From Blastocatellia bacterium (lineage in GTDB: Bacteria > Acidobacteriota > Blastocatellia > UBA7656), in the NCBI GenBank assembly GCA_963726785.1, contig CAVSDJ010000003.1, positions 345,878 through 409,877 on the forward strand: DNA of 64,000 nt. The letters are read 5' to 3'. Positions 35,795-47,106 of the stretch are shown piece after piece (within the stretch, counting starts at the first letter, position 1; each line of letters opens with the position of its first letter). Made by a program: the position numbers and the translations under genes. Below the pieces are notes generated by a model that saw only the letters and a program-made list of their open reading frames with translations, was not told the DNA's origin and ran no database searches.

Positions 35795-38232
35795 ATGGAG
35801 ACCTTACTTCAAGACTTGCGGTATGGAATCAGGGCATTGCTCAAGAGCAGAGGCTTTGCGGTTGTGGCTGTCATCGCTCTCGCGCTCGGCATCGGAGCCA
35901 CGACCGCCATCTTCAGCGTAGTTGATGCAGTGCTGTTGCGCCCCTTGCCTTACAAGAACCCTGAGCGGCTTACTCTGATCTGGCACAACTACCCGCAGAT
36001 CAATCTGCCTCAAGCTTCAATCTGCGTTCCCTGCTATGCTGAGTATAGAGACCTGACCAGTTCATTCGAGCAGGTGGCAACTGTGACCGGATGGGCCATC
36101 AACCTCACAGGCGTAGGCGAACCTGAACGACTGCAAGGCAATCGCGTCTCCTTCAATTACTTTTCGACGCTCGGAGCCGAACCGGTGCAAGGCCGCACCT
36201 TCGTTGAAGAAGAAGACAGGCCGGGCAACAATTTTGTCGTCGTGCTGAGTCACGGCTTCTGGGTGCGTCGCTTAGGGGCTGACCCAAACGTAGTGGGAAC
36301 ACCGCTCACGCTCGGCGGCCAAGGCTATACCATCATCGGCGTCATGCCCGCTGATTTCGTCGGGCCTCAGCCTGTAGATTTGTGGTCGCCGATTGCGTTC
36401 ACACAAGAAGATATGGCTCCGACCAATCACGGCAACGAATATCTGACAGTAATCGCTCGACTCAAGCCCGGCGTCACGCTCGGCCAGGCGCAGGCAGAAA
36501 TGGACACGCTCGCCGAACAACTTCGCCCGCAGTTTTACGGCGCGAACTGGGGAATCTCGCTCGTGTCTGTGCGCGAACAGCTTGTCGGTGACATTCGGCT
36601 CCCGCTTTTGATACTGCTCGGAACCGTAGGATGCGTGTTGTTGATCGCATGCGCGAACGTAGCAAACCTGCTGCTTGCCCGCGCCACATCTCGCCAGAAA
36701 GAGATAGCAATTCGCGCGGCGCTCGGCGCGAGTCGCGTGCGTGTAGTCCGCCAGTTGCTCACCGAAAGCGTGTTGCTTGCAATGCTCGGAGGCGTTTTCG
36801 GTCTGGCCCTCGCTTATCTGAGCATTCGATTGATAGTCGTCGGTGTTCCTCAAAGCATCTCGAACTCAATCGTCGGGTGGAAGCAGATAGGGCTTAACCC
36901 GGAGGTGCTCGGCTTCACGCTGCTGGTGTCCGTACTGACAGGAATAATCTTTGGCCTCGTCCCCGCATTTCATGCATCGAAGACCTGACCTTCAAGACTC
37001 GCTCAAAGAAGGGGGCCGCACGGGAAGCGAAGGAGGTCGGCGCAATTTTGTGCGAAGCGTGCTCGTAGAATTCGAGGTGGCGATTGCGCTGATGCTGTTG
37101 ATAGCGGCAGGGTTGTTGATCAGAAGCTTTGGACGGCTTCAAGATGTGAATCCCGGTTTCAATCCTCAGAACGTTCTATCAATGCAGCTTTCATTGCCGC
37201 GATCAAAGTACGCAGAGAATAATCAACTGTCTGCTTTCTACGAGCAGGCGCTTGAGCGAATCAACGTGATGCCCGGCGTGCAATCTGCCGCGTTCGGAAC
37301 TAATCTTCCGATGAGCGGCAGTAATTCGAGCGCTTCATTTTCAGTCGAAGGCTTGCAGGTTGCGCAGGGCGAAAGCTCTCCGCACGGCGACCCGCACATG
37401 GTCACGGCTGACTATTTCAAGACTATGGAAGTTCCACTGTTGAGCGGGCGCTATTTCGATAACCGCGACTCTAAAGATTCTATGCCGGTCACAATAGTAG
37501 ACGAGACGCTGGCAAATCGTTACTGGCCCGATCAAGACCCTATTGGCAAACGCATCGCCGCATTTTTCGATGAGCCGTAATAACCAGCTTAACTGGCGAA
37601 CCATCGTAGGCGTAGTCAAAAACGTCAAGCGTTACGGATTGGACGGAAAGATAAAAGAGCAGTATTACTTTCCGCAATCGCAAAGCCCTCAGCGAGCCAT
37701 GTTCTTACTGGTGCGCTCTGTGGCTGACCCGACGGCGCTGGCCTCGTCTATTCGCGATGCGATTCATAGCGTGGACAAAGATCAGCCGATTTTCCGCGTG
37801 ATGACGATGGAGCAGGTGGTGTCGAATTCTGTGGCACAACAGCGATTCTCCATGTTATTGCTTGTCATATTCGCTGGCGTTGCGTTGTTGTTAGCCGCAG
37901 TGGGAATCTATGGCGTGATGAGCTATTCAGTCACTCAGCGCTCGCATGAAATCGGCATTCGCATGGCTTTAGGCGCGCAGCAGAGCGACGTACTGAAGAT
38001 GGTTGTCAGGCAAGGCATGAAGATCACCTTGATCGGCGTCGGGATAGGACTTGGAGGGGCGTTTCTCGCAACGCGCATCATGTCGAGTTTGTTGTTCGGC
38101 GTAGGCGCGCGTGACCCGCTCACCTTCATAGCAATCCCTGTGATACTGGCAGGAGTGGCTCTGGGAGCCTGTTTCGTGCCTGCACGCCGCGCCACAAAGG
38201 TTGACCCGATGGTCGCGCTTCGCTATGAATAA
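35795..38232 (+). pseudogene. ADOP-family MacB-type duplicated permease (tandem copy 2), two frameshifts
   Basis: ORFs 35795..36988, 36951..37580 and 37543..38232 are collinear with the paralogs. Junction 1 is ...[11 protein letters not shown] / [14 protein letters not shown] (~36980). Junction 2 is ...DPIGKRIA.. / NNQLNWRTIVGVVKNVK (~37575). Confidence 0.85.
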
Positions 38233-38347
38233 CCTGGGAGCGCAGGCGTCCCGCCTGCATGACTTGGCAAGAGCAGATTTCAAATCTGCGTGCAGAATGA
38301 ATTCTTAGCGCTTCAGGTCATGCAGGCGGGACGCCTGCGCTCCCAGG
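38233..38347. repeat. Long palindromic element, family E (31-bp perfect arms)
   Basis: cctgggagcgcaggcgtcccgcctgcatgac (38233..38263) is the exact reverse complement of 38317..38347. Contains an inner hairpin gcagatttcaaatctgc. Confidence 0.9.
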
Positions 38348-38362
38348 TCGAGAGGAATATTG

Positions 38363-40798
38363 ATGGACAACCTGCTGAAAGACCTGCGCTATGGCGCTCG
38401 CACTCTGTTTAAGAATCCGAGCTTCACCGTTGTCGCCGTGCTCGCTCTGGCATTAGGCATAGGCGCAAACACCGCTGTCTTCAGCATAGTCAATGCGGTA
38501 TTGCTTCGCCCCTTGCGTTTTCAACAGCCTGAGCGATTGGTGACGATATGGGAAACCAACCTTTCGCAAGGGCTTGGTCACAGTCAGGTTTCGCCCGTCA
38601 CCTTCACCGACTGGCGACAGCAAAATCAGATATTCGACGACGTGGCCTTGTGGTGGTATCCGCAGGTCAATCTGACGGACACGGGCACAGAACCAATTCG
38701 AGTTCGCACGATAGACGCTACGGACAACTTCTTTTCGTTGCTCGGAGTTCAACCGATGCTCGGACGGTTGTTTATGCCGGGAGAAGATAAGCGGGGCGCG
38801 GATTCGATTGCGGTGTTGAGCTACAATCTCTGGAAGAGTCGTTTCAACTCTGACCCCGATATGATCGGAAAGCCCATCTCGCTCGATGGTCGTGTGCATA
38901 CGGTTGTTGGGGTGATGCCGCAGGGTTTTAACTATCCTGAAAACATAGAAGTGTGGCGACCGCTCGGATGGGACCCTGCTCAACACAATCGCGGCGCGCG
39001 TTTTATGGAGTCGGTCGCGCGCCTCGCGCCCGGAGTGACGATTGAACAAGCCCAGGTTGAAATGAGCGCGCTCAGTCGCCGGTTCGAGCAAGAGTATCCC
39101 AGGACGAGTATTGATTGGGGAGTTACGCTCATCCCGCTTCGCAACGAAATAGTCGGCAACTTCCGAGTTGCGCTTCTGGTAATGCTCGGAGCAGTCGCCT
39201 TCGTGTTGTTGATTGCATGCGCCAACATTGCAAACCTGTTGCTGGCTCGCGCAGGGGCGCGGCAGAAAGAGATTGCCATCAGGCTTGCGATGGGCGCGAG
39301 CCGTTCCCGGCTAATCAGGCAATTCCTCACCGAGAGCATACTGTTGGCAAGCATCGGGTGCGCGATTGGTCTTATGCTGGCTTATTTCGGCGGCAAAGCT
39401 CTGATGGCTCTTAACCCGATAGCGATTCCTCGACTCAATGAAATCGGGATAGATGGGCGAATGCTTGGCTTCACTCTTGGCATCACGCTTGTCACAGGAA
39501 TCATATTCGGACTGGTTCCGGCGTTGCAGGCGTCGAAGCCCGACCTGAATCAAGTGCTAAAAGAAGGTGGCCGAGATTCAAAGACGAGTTCCGGCAATCG
39601 CATACGCAGCGCGCTCGTAGTTTCAGAGATAGCCATTGCGCTGGTGCTACTGATCGGCGCGGGCCTTTTGCTTAAGACGTTCATTCGCCTTCAGGGCTTA
39701 GAGCCGGGATTTAATCCGAATAGCGTTCTGACATTCAACCTGCAGCTTCCCATCTCGAAGTATTCAGACTGGCGTCAGGTGTCGTCGTTTTATTCGCGTA
39801 TTCTCGACCGCATCAAAACTCTTCCGGGAGTGCAATCCGCCGATGCGGCCAGCTTCCTTCCGCTCGAAAGCGGCTGGCGATTGAAATTCTCTATTGCGGG
39901 ACAGACTGCGCCTGAACCCGGCGAGGAGCCTATAGCCCAGCACAGGCCCATAAGCAAAGGTTACTTTCAGACGATGGGGATACCACTCGTCGGAGGGCGA
40001 GAGTTTACTGAGCGCGACAACGCGGACGCGCCGGGCGTGATCGTAATCAATCAAGCGATGGCTGATCGCTACTGGCCGAATGAAGACCCAATCGGCAAGC
40101 GAATCGGGTCAAACACTCGCAACATCGGCCCGCTTGGTCGAGTCATGCCGAAGACTCTCGAATTTGAAGTCGTCGGCGTTGTCGGCGATGAGAAAAACAA
40201 CGGATTGAATGCGGCGGCTGAACCGGCTATCTATTTCTCTCACGATCAGTTCGCTTATCGAAGCATGAGCGTGATGGTTCGCAGCGCGCAAAACCCGATG
40301 AGCTTGCTGGGCGCGATACAAAACGAAGTGTGGGCGCTCGACAACAGTTTGCCGGTCTCTGATGTCAAGACTGCGGATCAGATTCTCGCAAACTCTGTGG
40401 CGCAGCCGCGCTTCAGCGTCTTGTTGCTTGGCATATTCGCTGCGCTGGCTTTGATACTGGCTGCCGTAGGAATCTACGGCGTCATGGCTTATTCGATTAC
40501 GCAGCGCACGCGCGAGATTGGCATTCGCATGGCGTTGGGCGCGCAATCTTCGGATGTGCTCAAGATGGTTTTGAGAGAAGGGTTCAAGTTCGCGTTTATA
40601 GGAATAGGCATCGGGCTTGCGGGCGCATTTCTGGTCACGCGCGTGCTGACGAGTTTGCTTTACGGTGTGAGCGCGGCTGATCCCATGATCTATGCGGCTG
40701 TCTCTATAATTCTCGCCACAGTCGCGCTGGTCGCCTGTTACATTCCGGCCCGGCGCGCAACGAAAGTAGACCCGCTGGTTGCGCTCAGATATGAATAA
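38363..40798 (+). CDS. ADOP-family MacB-type duplicated permease (tandem copy 3)
   Basis: ~811 aa. RBS GAGAGGA. N-terminus [39 protein letters not shown]-terminus [17 protein letters not shown]. Confidence 0.85.
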   Translation: MDNLLKDLRYGARTLFKNPSFTVVAVLALALGIGANTAVFSIVNAVLLRPLRFQQPERLVTIWETNLSQGLGHSQVSPVTFTDWRQQNQIFDDVALWWYPQVNLTDTGTEPIRVRTIDATDNFFSLLGVQPMLGRLFMPGEDKRGADSIAVLSYNLWKSRFNSDPDMIGKPISLDGRVHTVVGVMPQGFNYPENIEVWRPLGWDPAQHNRGARFMESVARLAPGVTIEQAQVEMSALSRRFEQEYPRTSIDWGVTLIPLRNEIVGNFRVALLVMLGAVAFVLLIACANIANLLLARAGARQKEIAIRLAMGASRSRLIRQFLTESILLASIGCAIGLMLAYFGGKALMALNPIAIPRLNEIGIDGRMLGFTLGITLVTGIIFGLVPALQASKPDLNQVLKEGGRDSKTSSGNRIRSALVVSEIAIALVLLIGAGLLLKTFIRLQGLEPGFNPNSVLTFNLQLPISKYSDWRQVSSFYSRILDRIKTLPGVQSADAASFLPLESGWRLKFSIAGQTAPEPGEEPIAQHRPISKGYFQTMGIPLVGGREFTERDNADAPGVIVINQAMADRYWPNEDPIGKRIGSNTRNIGPLGRVMPKTLEFEVVGVVGDEKNNGLNAAAEPAIYFSHDQFAYRSMSVMVRSAQNPMSLLGAIQNEVWALDNSLPVSDVKTADQILANSVAQPRFSVLLLGIFAALALILAAVGIYGVMAYSITQRTREIGIRMALGAQSSDVLKMVLREGFKFAFIGIGIGLAGAFLVTRVLTSLLYGVSAADPMIYAAVSIILATVALVACYIPARRATKVDPLVALRYE

Positions 40799-40860
40799 TC
40801 AGTAGCCCGACAGTGAGGGAGGGCGTGAGCGTTTGCGCTCTCTCACTGTCGGGCTACTGA
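40799..40860. repeat. Palindrome family C hairpin
   Basis: tcagtagcccgacagtgagggagggcg ... cgctctctcactgtcgggctactga. Starts at the nucleotide after the permease stop. Confidence 0.9.
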
Positions 40861-40900
40861 TTACGTTTCCTCCTCGTCCGTCTTCTCTTATAATCTTTTT

Positions 40901-41838
40901 ATGACCACAGCATTGATTTACGACCGCGTGTTCATCAAACACGACACCGGCCATCATCCGGAAAATTCCGAAAGATTCAAGCGTATACTTTCTGCGCTCG
41001 AAGAGGATGAATCCTTGTGGGCTGCTCTCAACAAGCTCGCGCCCGAAGCGGCGACCGACGAAGACATCATCCGGTGTCATAGCCCGCAACTTATAGAACA
41101 GTTAAGCTCGTTGTGCGAGCGGGGTATACCGTTCGTTGATCTCGATACAGTGATAAGCGCGGAATCTTTTGACGTAGCTCGACTCGCGGCAGGCGCAGTC
41201 GTCGTGCGCAGTAGATCAGGTCTTCAGCGGTTCGTCTCAAAACGCTTTCGCGCTGGTCAGGCCGCCGGGCCATCACGCAACTCCGAATCGAGCCATGGGC
41301 TTTTGCCTGTTCAACAATGCCGCGATTGGCGCTCGCTACGCGCAGGCCCGGTACGGAGCCGAGCGCGTGTTGATAATTGATTGGGACGTGCATCACGGCA
41401 ATGGCACGCAGGACATCTTTTATCAAGACCCGACAGTCTTTTATTTTTCGACGCACCAGTATCCTTATTATCCGGGCACAGGCGCAGCAAGCGAGCGCGG
41501 GCTTTGATCGCGGCGAAGACACTACGCTGAACATTCCTCTGCGCGAAGGAACATCTGCGCACACTCATCGCGAGGCTTTCACTGATGCGCTGAAAGCGAT
41601 TGAAGAGCGATTCCCGCCTGATCTCATAATTATTTCAGCGGGCTTTGATTCGCGGCGCGGCGACCCGCTGGGTGGCTTGACGCTGGAGGATTCGGACTTT
41701 CGAGAGATGACAAAAGAAGTGATGGACATGGCCGAACGCCACGCCGGGGCGCGCGTCGTGAGTGTGCTCGAAGGCGGTTACAATCTCGACACGCTCGGCG
41801 AAACCGTCAGGACACATATTACGGCATTATCGTCTTAA
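40901..41838 (+). pseudogene. Histone deacetylase-family (acetoin utilisation/acetylpolyamine amidohydrolase-like) protein, two frameshifts
   Basis: ORFs 40901..41380, 41295..41507 and 41377..41838 are collinear. Motifs: VRPPGHHA (visible after the frame shift near 41200), [26 protein letters not shown]. Second shift near 41505. Confidence 0.85.
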
Positions 41839-41843
41839 GCTTT

Positions 41844-41872
41844 ATACCAAGCGACGGTGCGGCGCAGCCCTT
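41844..41872. repeat. 29-bp direct repeat, left copy (duplicate of the epimerase 3' end)
   Basis: ataccaagcgacggtgcggcgcagccctt is identical to 42516..42544. Confidence 0.95.
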
Positions 41873-41924
41873 GCACGATATGCTAGGATAAGCTTCGACA
41901 CTGTTTATGTCACGGAGGTTTCCA

Positions 41925-42187
41925 ATGAACCGCCAATTACAATTCAAGACATAGATGACGCAACGGCTAAATGGTTAAGCGAAGAAGCCAAACGCCGAGG
42001 CGTCAATGTGGAATCGCTTATCGTTGAACTAATTCATAAAGGTATAGATGTCGAACGCGAAGGCGCGCCACTCAAGACTTATCATGATCTGGATTCGTTA
42101 GCCGGAACATGGAACGAAGAACAGGAAACGGAATTCTTGAATGCGGTTTCCGACTTTGAGCAGGTGGATGAAAAATTGTGGCGATAA
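41925..42187 (+). CDS. Ribbon-helix-helix antitoxin (VapB/FitA-like); start-proximal frame problem
   Basis: GGAGG plus 6 nt plus ATG at 41925, but the long frame (PPITIQDIDDATAKWLSEEAKRRGVNVESLIVELIHKGI...) is offset by 1 nt from that ATG. It has no in-frame start before 41762. Its stop overlaps a PIN-like start. Confidence 0.55.
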
Positions 42188-42300
42188 GAGAGATTCTGCT
42201 TGATACCAATGCATAATCCGCGATTCAAACGTAATGCGCAGGTGGCCATAAGAGCTGATCTTAAAATGTTTCAGTGCTTCGATCCAGCCTGCGCGCGCAG
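42178..42300 (+). pseudogene. Remnant of a PIN-domain (VapC-like) toxin gene
   Basis: GTG overlapping the antitoxin stop, then VAIREILLDTNA followed by TAA. The downstream frames do not continue a PIN domain. Confidence 0.45.
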
Positions 42301-42503
42301 GCGACAGCATAAAGCCTCGCACGGCCGTGACCTGGGTAACGCATGAACACTATCGAGCCCGTGAAACGGGCGACAGACGTAGTTACATGACTAGTGTCTG
42401 TCGCTCTTCACCACTGTTAGCTATCGCCCCTTACGCTAGACGATTATGGGCACGGACTCGACATCCGCTTGCAGTGGATGAAATACCCGCAATTAAAGAA
42501 TCT

Positions 42504-43442
42504 CTACTGCGTTTGATACCAAGCGACGGTGCGGCGCAGCCCTTCTTCGAAATCGACTGTCACGCGATAACCGAGCGATTTTTCGGCGGCTTCGATTGAA
42601 GCTTGCGAGTCGCGCACGTCGCCTGCGCGCGCCGCTTCGTGAATCGGTTCAATATCGCTGCCGAGTATCTCTTTGATTTTGCCAAGTAGGTCGAGCAGCG
42701 AATAACGACCGCCGCAAGCGACATTGAAGGCTTTGCCCGATGCGCCTTCGGCTTCCGACGCAAGCAGGTTCGCTTCGACAACATTCTCTACATAAGTGAA
42801 GTCGCGCGATTGAAGCCCGTCACCATAAATCACAGGCTGACGACCTTCCATTAACGCCATGACGAATCGCGGTATCACCGCAGCGTACTGTGATTCAGGG
42901 TCTTGACGCGGCCCAAAAATATTGAAGTACCTGAGCGCAACCGCCTCGAATCCGTAAACGCGATTGAAGATGCTGATGTAATGCTCGCCCGCCAGTTTCG
43001 AGAGCGCGTAAGGCGATAAGGGCTGTCCCATCATCCTTTCGTGTTTGGGCAATACCTCCGTGTCGCCATAAACTGATGAGCTTGACGCATTGACCACGCG
43101 TCGCACGCCTGCATCGCGCGCTGCAAGCAATACGTTGAGCGTGCCTGTTATGTTGACTTCGTGCGTCGTCATCGGGTCTGCAACCGAACGCGGCACGGAG
43201 CCGAGCGCCGCTTCGTGAAAGACTATTTCGACGCCTTTCATCGCTTCGGCAACCGTTCGCGCATCGGTTATATCGCCTCGAATCAATTCAACGTCGCCGC
43301 CAATTGATTCGAGGTTCGCTTCTTTGCCCGAAACAAAGTTGTCGAGCACGCGCACACTGTGGCCATCTTTCAAAAGCCGTTCGCAGATGTGGCTTCCTAT
43401 GAAACCAGCTCCGCCTGTCACAAGATAGAGTCGTTTTCCCAT
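42504..43442 (-). CDS. NAD-dependent nucleotide-sugar epimerase/dehydratase (extended SDR)
   Basis: GGAGFIGSH Rossmann motif, YALSKLAGE (YxxxK), 312 aa. Confidence 0.85.
   Translation of the reverse strand: MGKRLYLVTGGAGFIGSHICERLLKDGHSVRVLDNFVSGKEANLESIGGDVELIRGDITDARTVAEAMKGVEIVFHEAALGSVPRSVADPMTTHEVNITGTLNVLLAARDAGVRRVVNASSSSVYGDTEVLPKHERMMGQPLSPYALSKLAGEHYISIFNRVYGFEAVALRYFNIFGPRQDPESQYAAVIPRFVMALMEGRQPVIYGDGLQSRDFTYVENVVEANLLASEAEGASGKAFNVACGGRYSLLDLLGKIKEILGSDIEPIHEAARAGDVRDSQASIEAAEKSLGYRVTVDFEEGLRRTVAWYQTQ
42516..42544. repeat. 29-bp direct repeat, right copy (inside the epimerase 3' end)
   Basis: Identical to 41844..41872. Confidence 0.95.
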
Positions 43443-43446
43443 TTGT

Positions 43447-45179
43447 TTATTTCTTTATCAGGAAGTTTCCTATCGCAAGACAATCAATTCCTGAGCAGTA
43501 GAAACCGCGCACAGCTTCGCGCGGAGTCGAAACCACTGGCTCGCCGAAAAGATTGAATGAAGTGTTGAGAAGCACGGGCACGCCCGTCGCTTCCTCGAAT
43601 TTCACAAGCAGTTTCCAGAATGCCGGATTCGTTTTGCGGCTGACGCTTTGAACGCGCACCAGTCCTTTGCCGAAGACCGCCGCCGGGATCAATTGCTCTT
43701 TGCCTTCGCGAATATGGCTCACGCCCTGCAAGAAATCGCTCAACTCGCTCGGCTCGAAAAACTCTTCGGCCCGCTCTTCGGGCACGGCTGCCGAAAAGGG
43801 GCGATACTCTTCGCGATGCTTGATGAATATATTCAAGTTGTCGCGCATAAATTCATTAGTCGGCGAAGCCAATATGCTGCGAGCGCCGAGCGTGCGCGGC
43901 CCGAATTCCATCGCGCCATGAAACCATCCCGTGATTCGCCCTTGCGCGAGCATCCGCGCGACTTCCGCAATCAACTTGTCGTCGGTCAAAAAATATTCAT
44001 ACGACAGCTTGCAATTGTCGAGCACGCTCTTGATCGCTTCTTCGTTGAACTGCGGGCCTAAGAATGCGTGCTCCATGCGGTAAACGCGCTCGCTGTTGCC
44101 GAGCAGTTGATGCCAGACGTAAAGCGCAGCGCCGATAGAACAACCGGCGTTTCCGGCGGCAGGTTGCACGAATAGATGCGTAAATCCTGCGCGCCGCTCG
44201 ATGCTCGAACAGGCCAAACTGTTGAGCGCGACGCCTCCCGCAAGACAAAGATTTTCTTCGCCTGACCGTTCGCGATGGCGAATGGATATTTCGCACAACA
44301 CATCTTCAACACGCGCTTGCAGGCTCGCCGCGAGATTGCGATGCTTTTGACTGATTGCGTCCTCTTTAGCGCGCGGCGTTTCAAACCGACACGGTTGAAA
44401 AAATCATCCGAAAGCGATAAATCTCCTCTTGAAGAGATTTCAAAAAAATTCATGTCCACAACGGGCAAGCCGCCAGCATCGACTTTGATCAATTCATTGA
44501 AGGCCTCTCGAAATTCATTCTCGCCCGTCGGCGAAATCCACATGGTCTTATGCCAGTCGTCGTCAAAGCCGAACCCTAGCGCAGCAGTCACCGCGCTATA
44601 AACCATGCCGATTGAATTGGGAAACTGCGCTTCGACATGAAGCATCAATTCGTGGCCCGCGCCCGTCATCAAGGCGGTCGTCGTCATGTCGCCACGATTG
44701 TCTGCGGCGATAACAGCCGCGCGCTCAAATCCCGACGCGTAGAATGCGCTTGCTCCGTGCGCGAGATGATGGCCCACGGCGACAAACTTTCCGCGAGATG
44801 AAAGCCGGGATTCGACAAGTCGCTTAGTCCGAAGTCTCTGTTTCAAACCGTTGAGGCTGTCAACGAAATAAGGCGGGAAGTCTTCTATTGAAGCGACGTT
44901 CAGCGCGTCAGTCGCGCGCGAAGAGTTGAAAGCGATCTCGCGGTGAAAAAGTTTGTGCGGCTCAAGGTAGTAAGCCACATAATCAATATCGCCGAACGCG
45001 ATGCCGCCGCGCTCAAGGCAAAACTCGATTGCGCGAAAAGGCAATCCGCCTGCGTAATTCATGCCGACGTGGCGAATGCGCGCAAGCTTCTCTTCTTCGA
45101 TGGCGGCCACCACTCGGCCATCCTGAACGAGCGCGGCTGCCGCATCTTTCTCCTGTCCCGATATTCCCAGTATGTTCAT
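43447..45179 (-). pseudogene. Carbamoyltransferase (NodU/CmcH family), one frameshift
   Basis: N-terminal piece MNILGISGQEKDAAAALVQDGRVVAAIEEEKLARI... (44058..45179) and C-terminal piece ...NLCLAGGVALNS...LLNTSFNLFGEPVV (43447..44301). The junction is DDFFNRVG / FETPRAKEDAISQKH near 44390. Confidence 0.8.
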
Positions 45180-45256
45180 TCATGTATTCCGTTATGAATC
45201 TCGATCAATACCATTAACATCCGAGCGCAGGGTTTTCAAGGCAGCATTCGAGAGAA

Positions 45257-46063
<807 letters not shown>

Positions 46064-46232
46064 CACTTGTCATCTGATGCGCTCCTCTCAGTAGCAGTCC
46101 CGTCAGGGACGACCTGTCGATAATTCGCGGCCAGCGCGATGCAATCGGGAAATTGCGTAGTAACAATTGCTCGATCTTTTACTATAGACAGGTTGCTCCT
46201 ACGGAGCTTCCTCTAAAAATTCTCAACGATGT

Positions 46233-47090
46233 TCAAGTCAGCTCGCTCGCTTTCAATCCGGCTTTCATCGCAATCACAAGCAGCAACAGGACTGCGGCGG
46301 TCAATATCAACGACAGCGCAGAGCCGAAAGGCTGATTCAGTTGCGCGAACTGGTTTTGAATCAGATTTCCTATCATCACCGATTTCGCGCCGCCTAACAG
46401 ATCGGGTGTAATGAATGCTCCGAGCGACGGAATAAAGACAAGCGCGATTCCGGCCATCAATCCCGGTTTCGACAGCGGCAGCGTCACTTTGACGAACGCC
46501 CAGAAGCGATTCGCGCCGAGGTCTTGCGCCGCTTCGAGCAATCGAGTGTCGAGCCGTTCCAGAGCCACATATATCGGCAAAATCATAAACGGAAGCTCGC
46601 CGTAAACCTGCCCGACAAGCACCGCGAAATCATTGTAGAGCAGCTTGAGCGGATCATTGATCAATCCAGTGCTCATGAGCGCAGAGTTAATCACGCCTTC
46701 GCTGCGAAGCAGAAGCATCCAGGCATAAGTGCGAATCAGAAAGCTCGTCCAGAACGGTATTACCGTCATCACAAGCAGCACTCGCTTCCACCTGGCTGGC
46801 GCGCGCAACGCGATATAATAAGCAACCGGGTAGCTGACAATCGCGCACAGCACAGTCGTTGCAACAGCAATCCAGATAGTGCGCCAGTACGCAGGCAAGT
46901 ACAACGAATCGAGCGCGCGTTCATAATTAGCGGGCGTGAAATCGTAGATCGTTTTTCCATACGGCCCGCGAGTGGCAAGGCTGACAATGACAACGATCAC
47001 GAGCGGCGCGACCAGAAACACGAGCAGCCACACGAGCGCGGGCGCAAGCAAAGGATTTCCGTTTTCTTTATTTCGACGATTGCTCATCAA
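46233..47090 (-). CDS. ABC importer permease, PotB (spermidine/putrescine) type
   Basis: 285 aa with 6 TM segments and the EAA loop EAAQDLGANRFWAFVKVTLPLSKPG. Confidence 0.8.
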   Translation of the reverse strand: MMSNRRNKENGNPLLAPALVWLLVFLVAPLVIVVIVSLATRGPYGKTIYDFTPANYERALDSLYLPAYWRTIWIAVATTVLCAIVSYPVAYYIALRAPARWKRVLLVMTVIPFWTSFLIRTYAWMLLLRSEGVINSALMSTGLINDPLKLLYNDFAVLVGQVYGELPFMILPIYVALERLDTRLLEAAQDLGANRFWAFVKVTLPLSKPGLMAGIALVFIPSLGAFITPDLLGGAKSVMIGNLIQNQFAQLNQPFGSALSLILTAAVLLLLVIAMKAGLKASELT

Positions 47091-47106
47091 GGTGTATGCG
47101 CTGATA

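Noticed and set aside
40889-40894. TATAAT 7 nt upstream of the HDAC-like ATG as evidence for a leaderless transcript
   Set aside because: No acceptable -35 element lies at 16-18 nt, and the hexamer sits in a T-rich stretch. The evidence is insufficient.
42098-42322. 74-aa minus-strand ORF inside the inserted vapBC-like segment
   Set aside because: It has no RBS and no recognisable domain, and it overlaps the antitoxin gene end. It is most likely non-coding.
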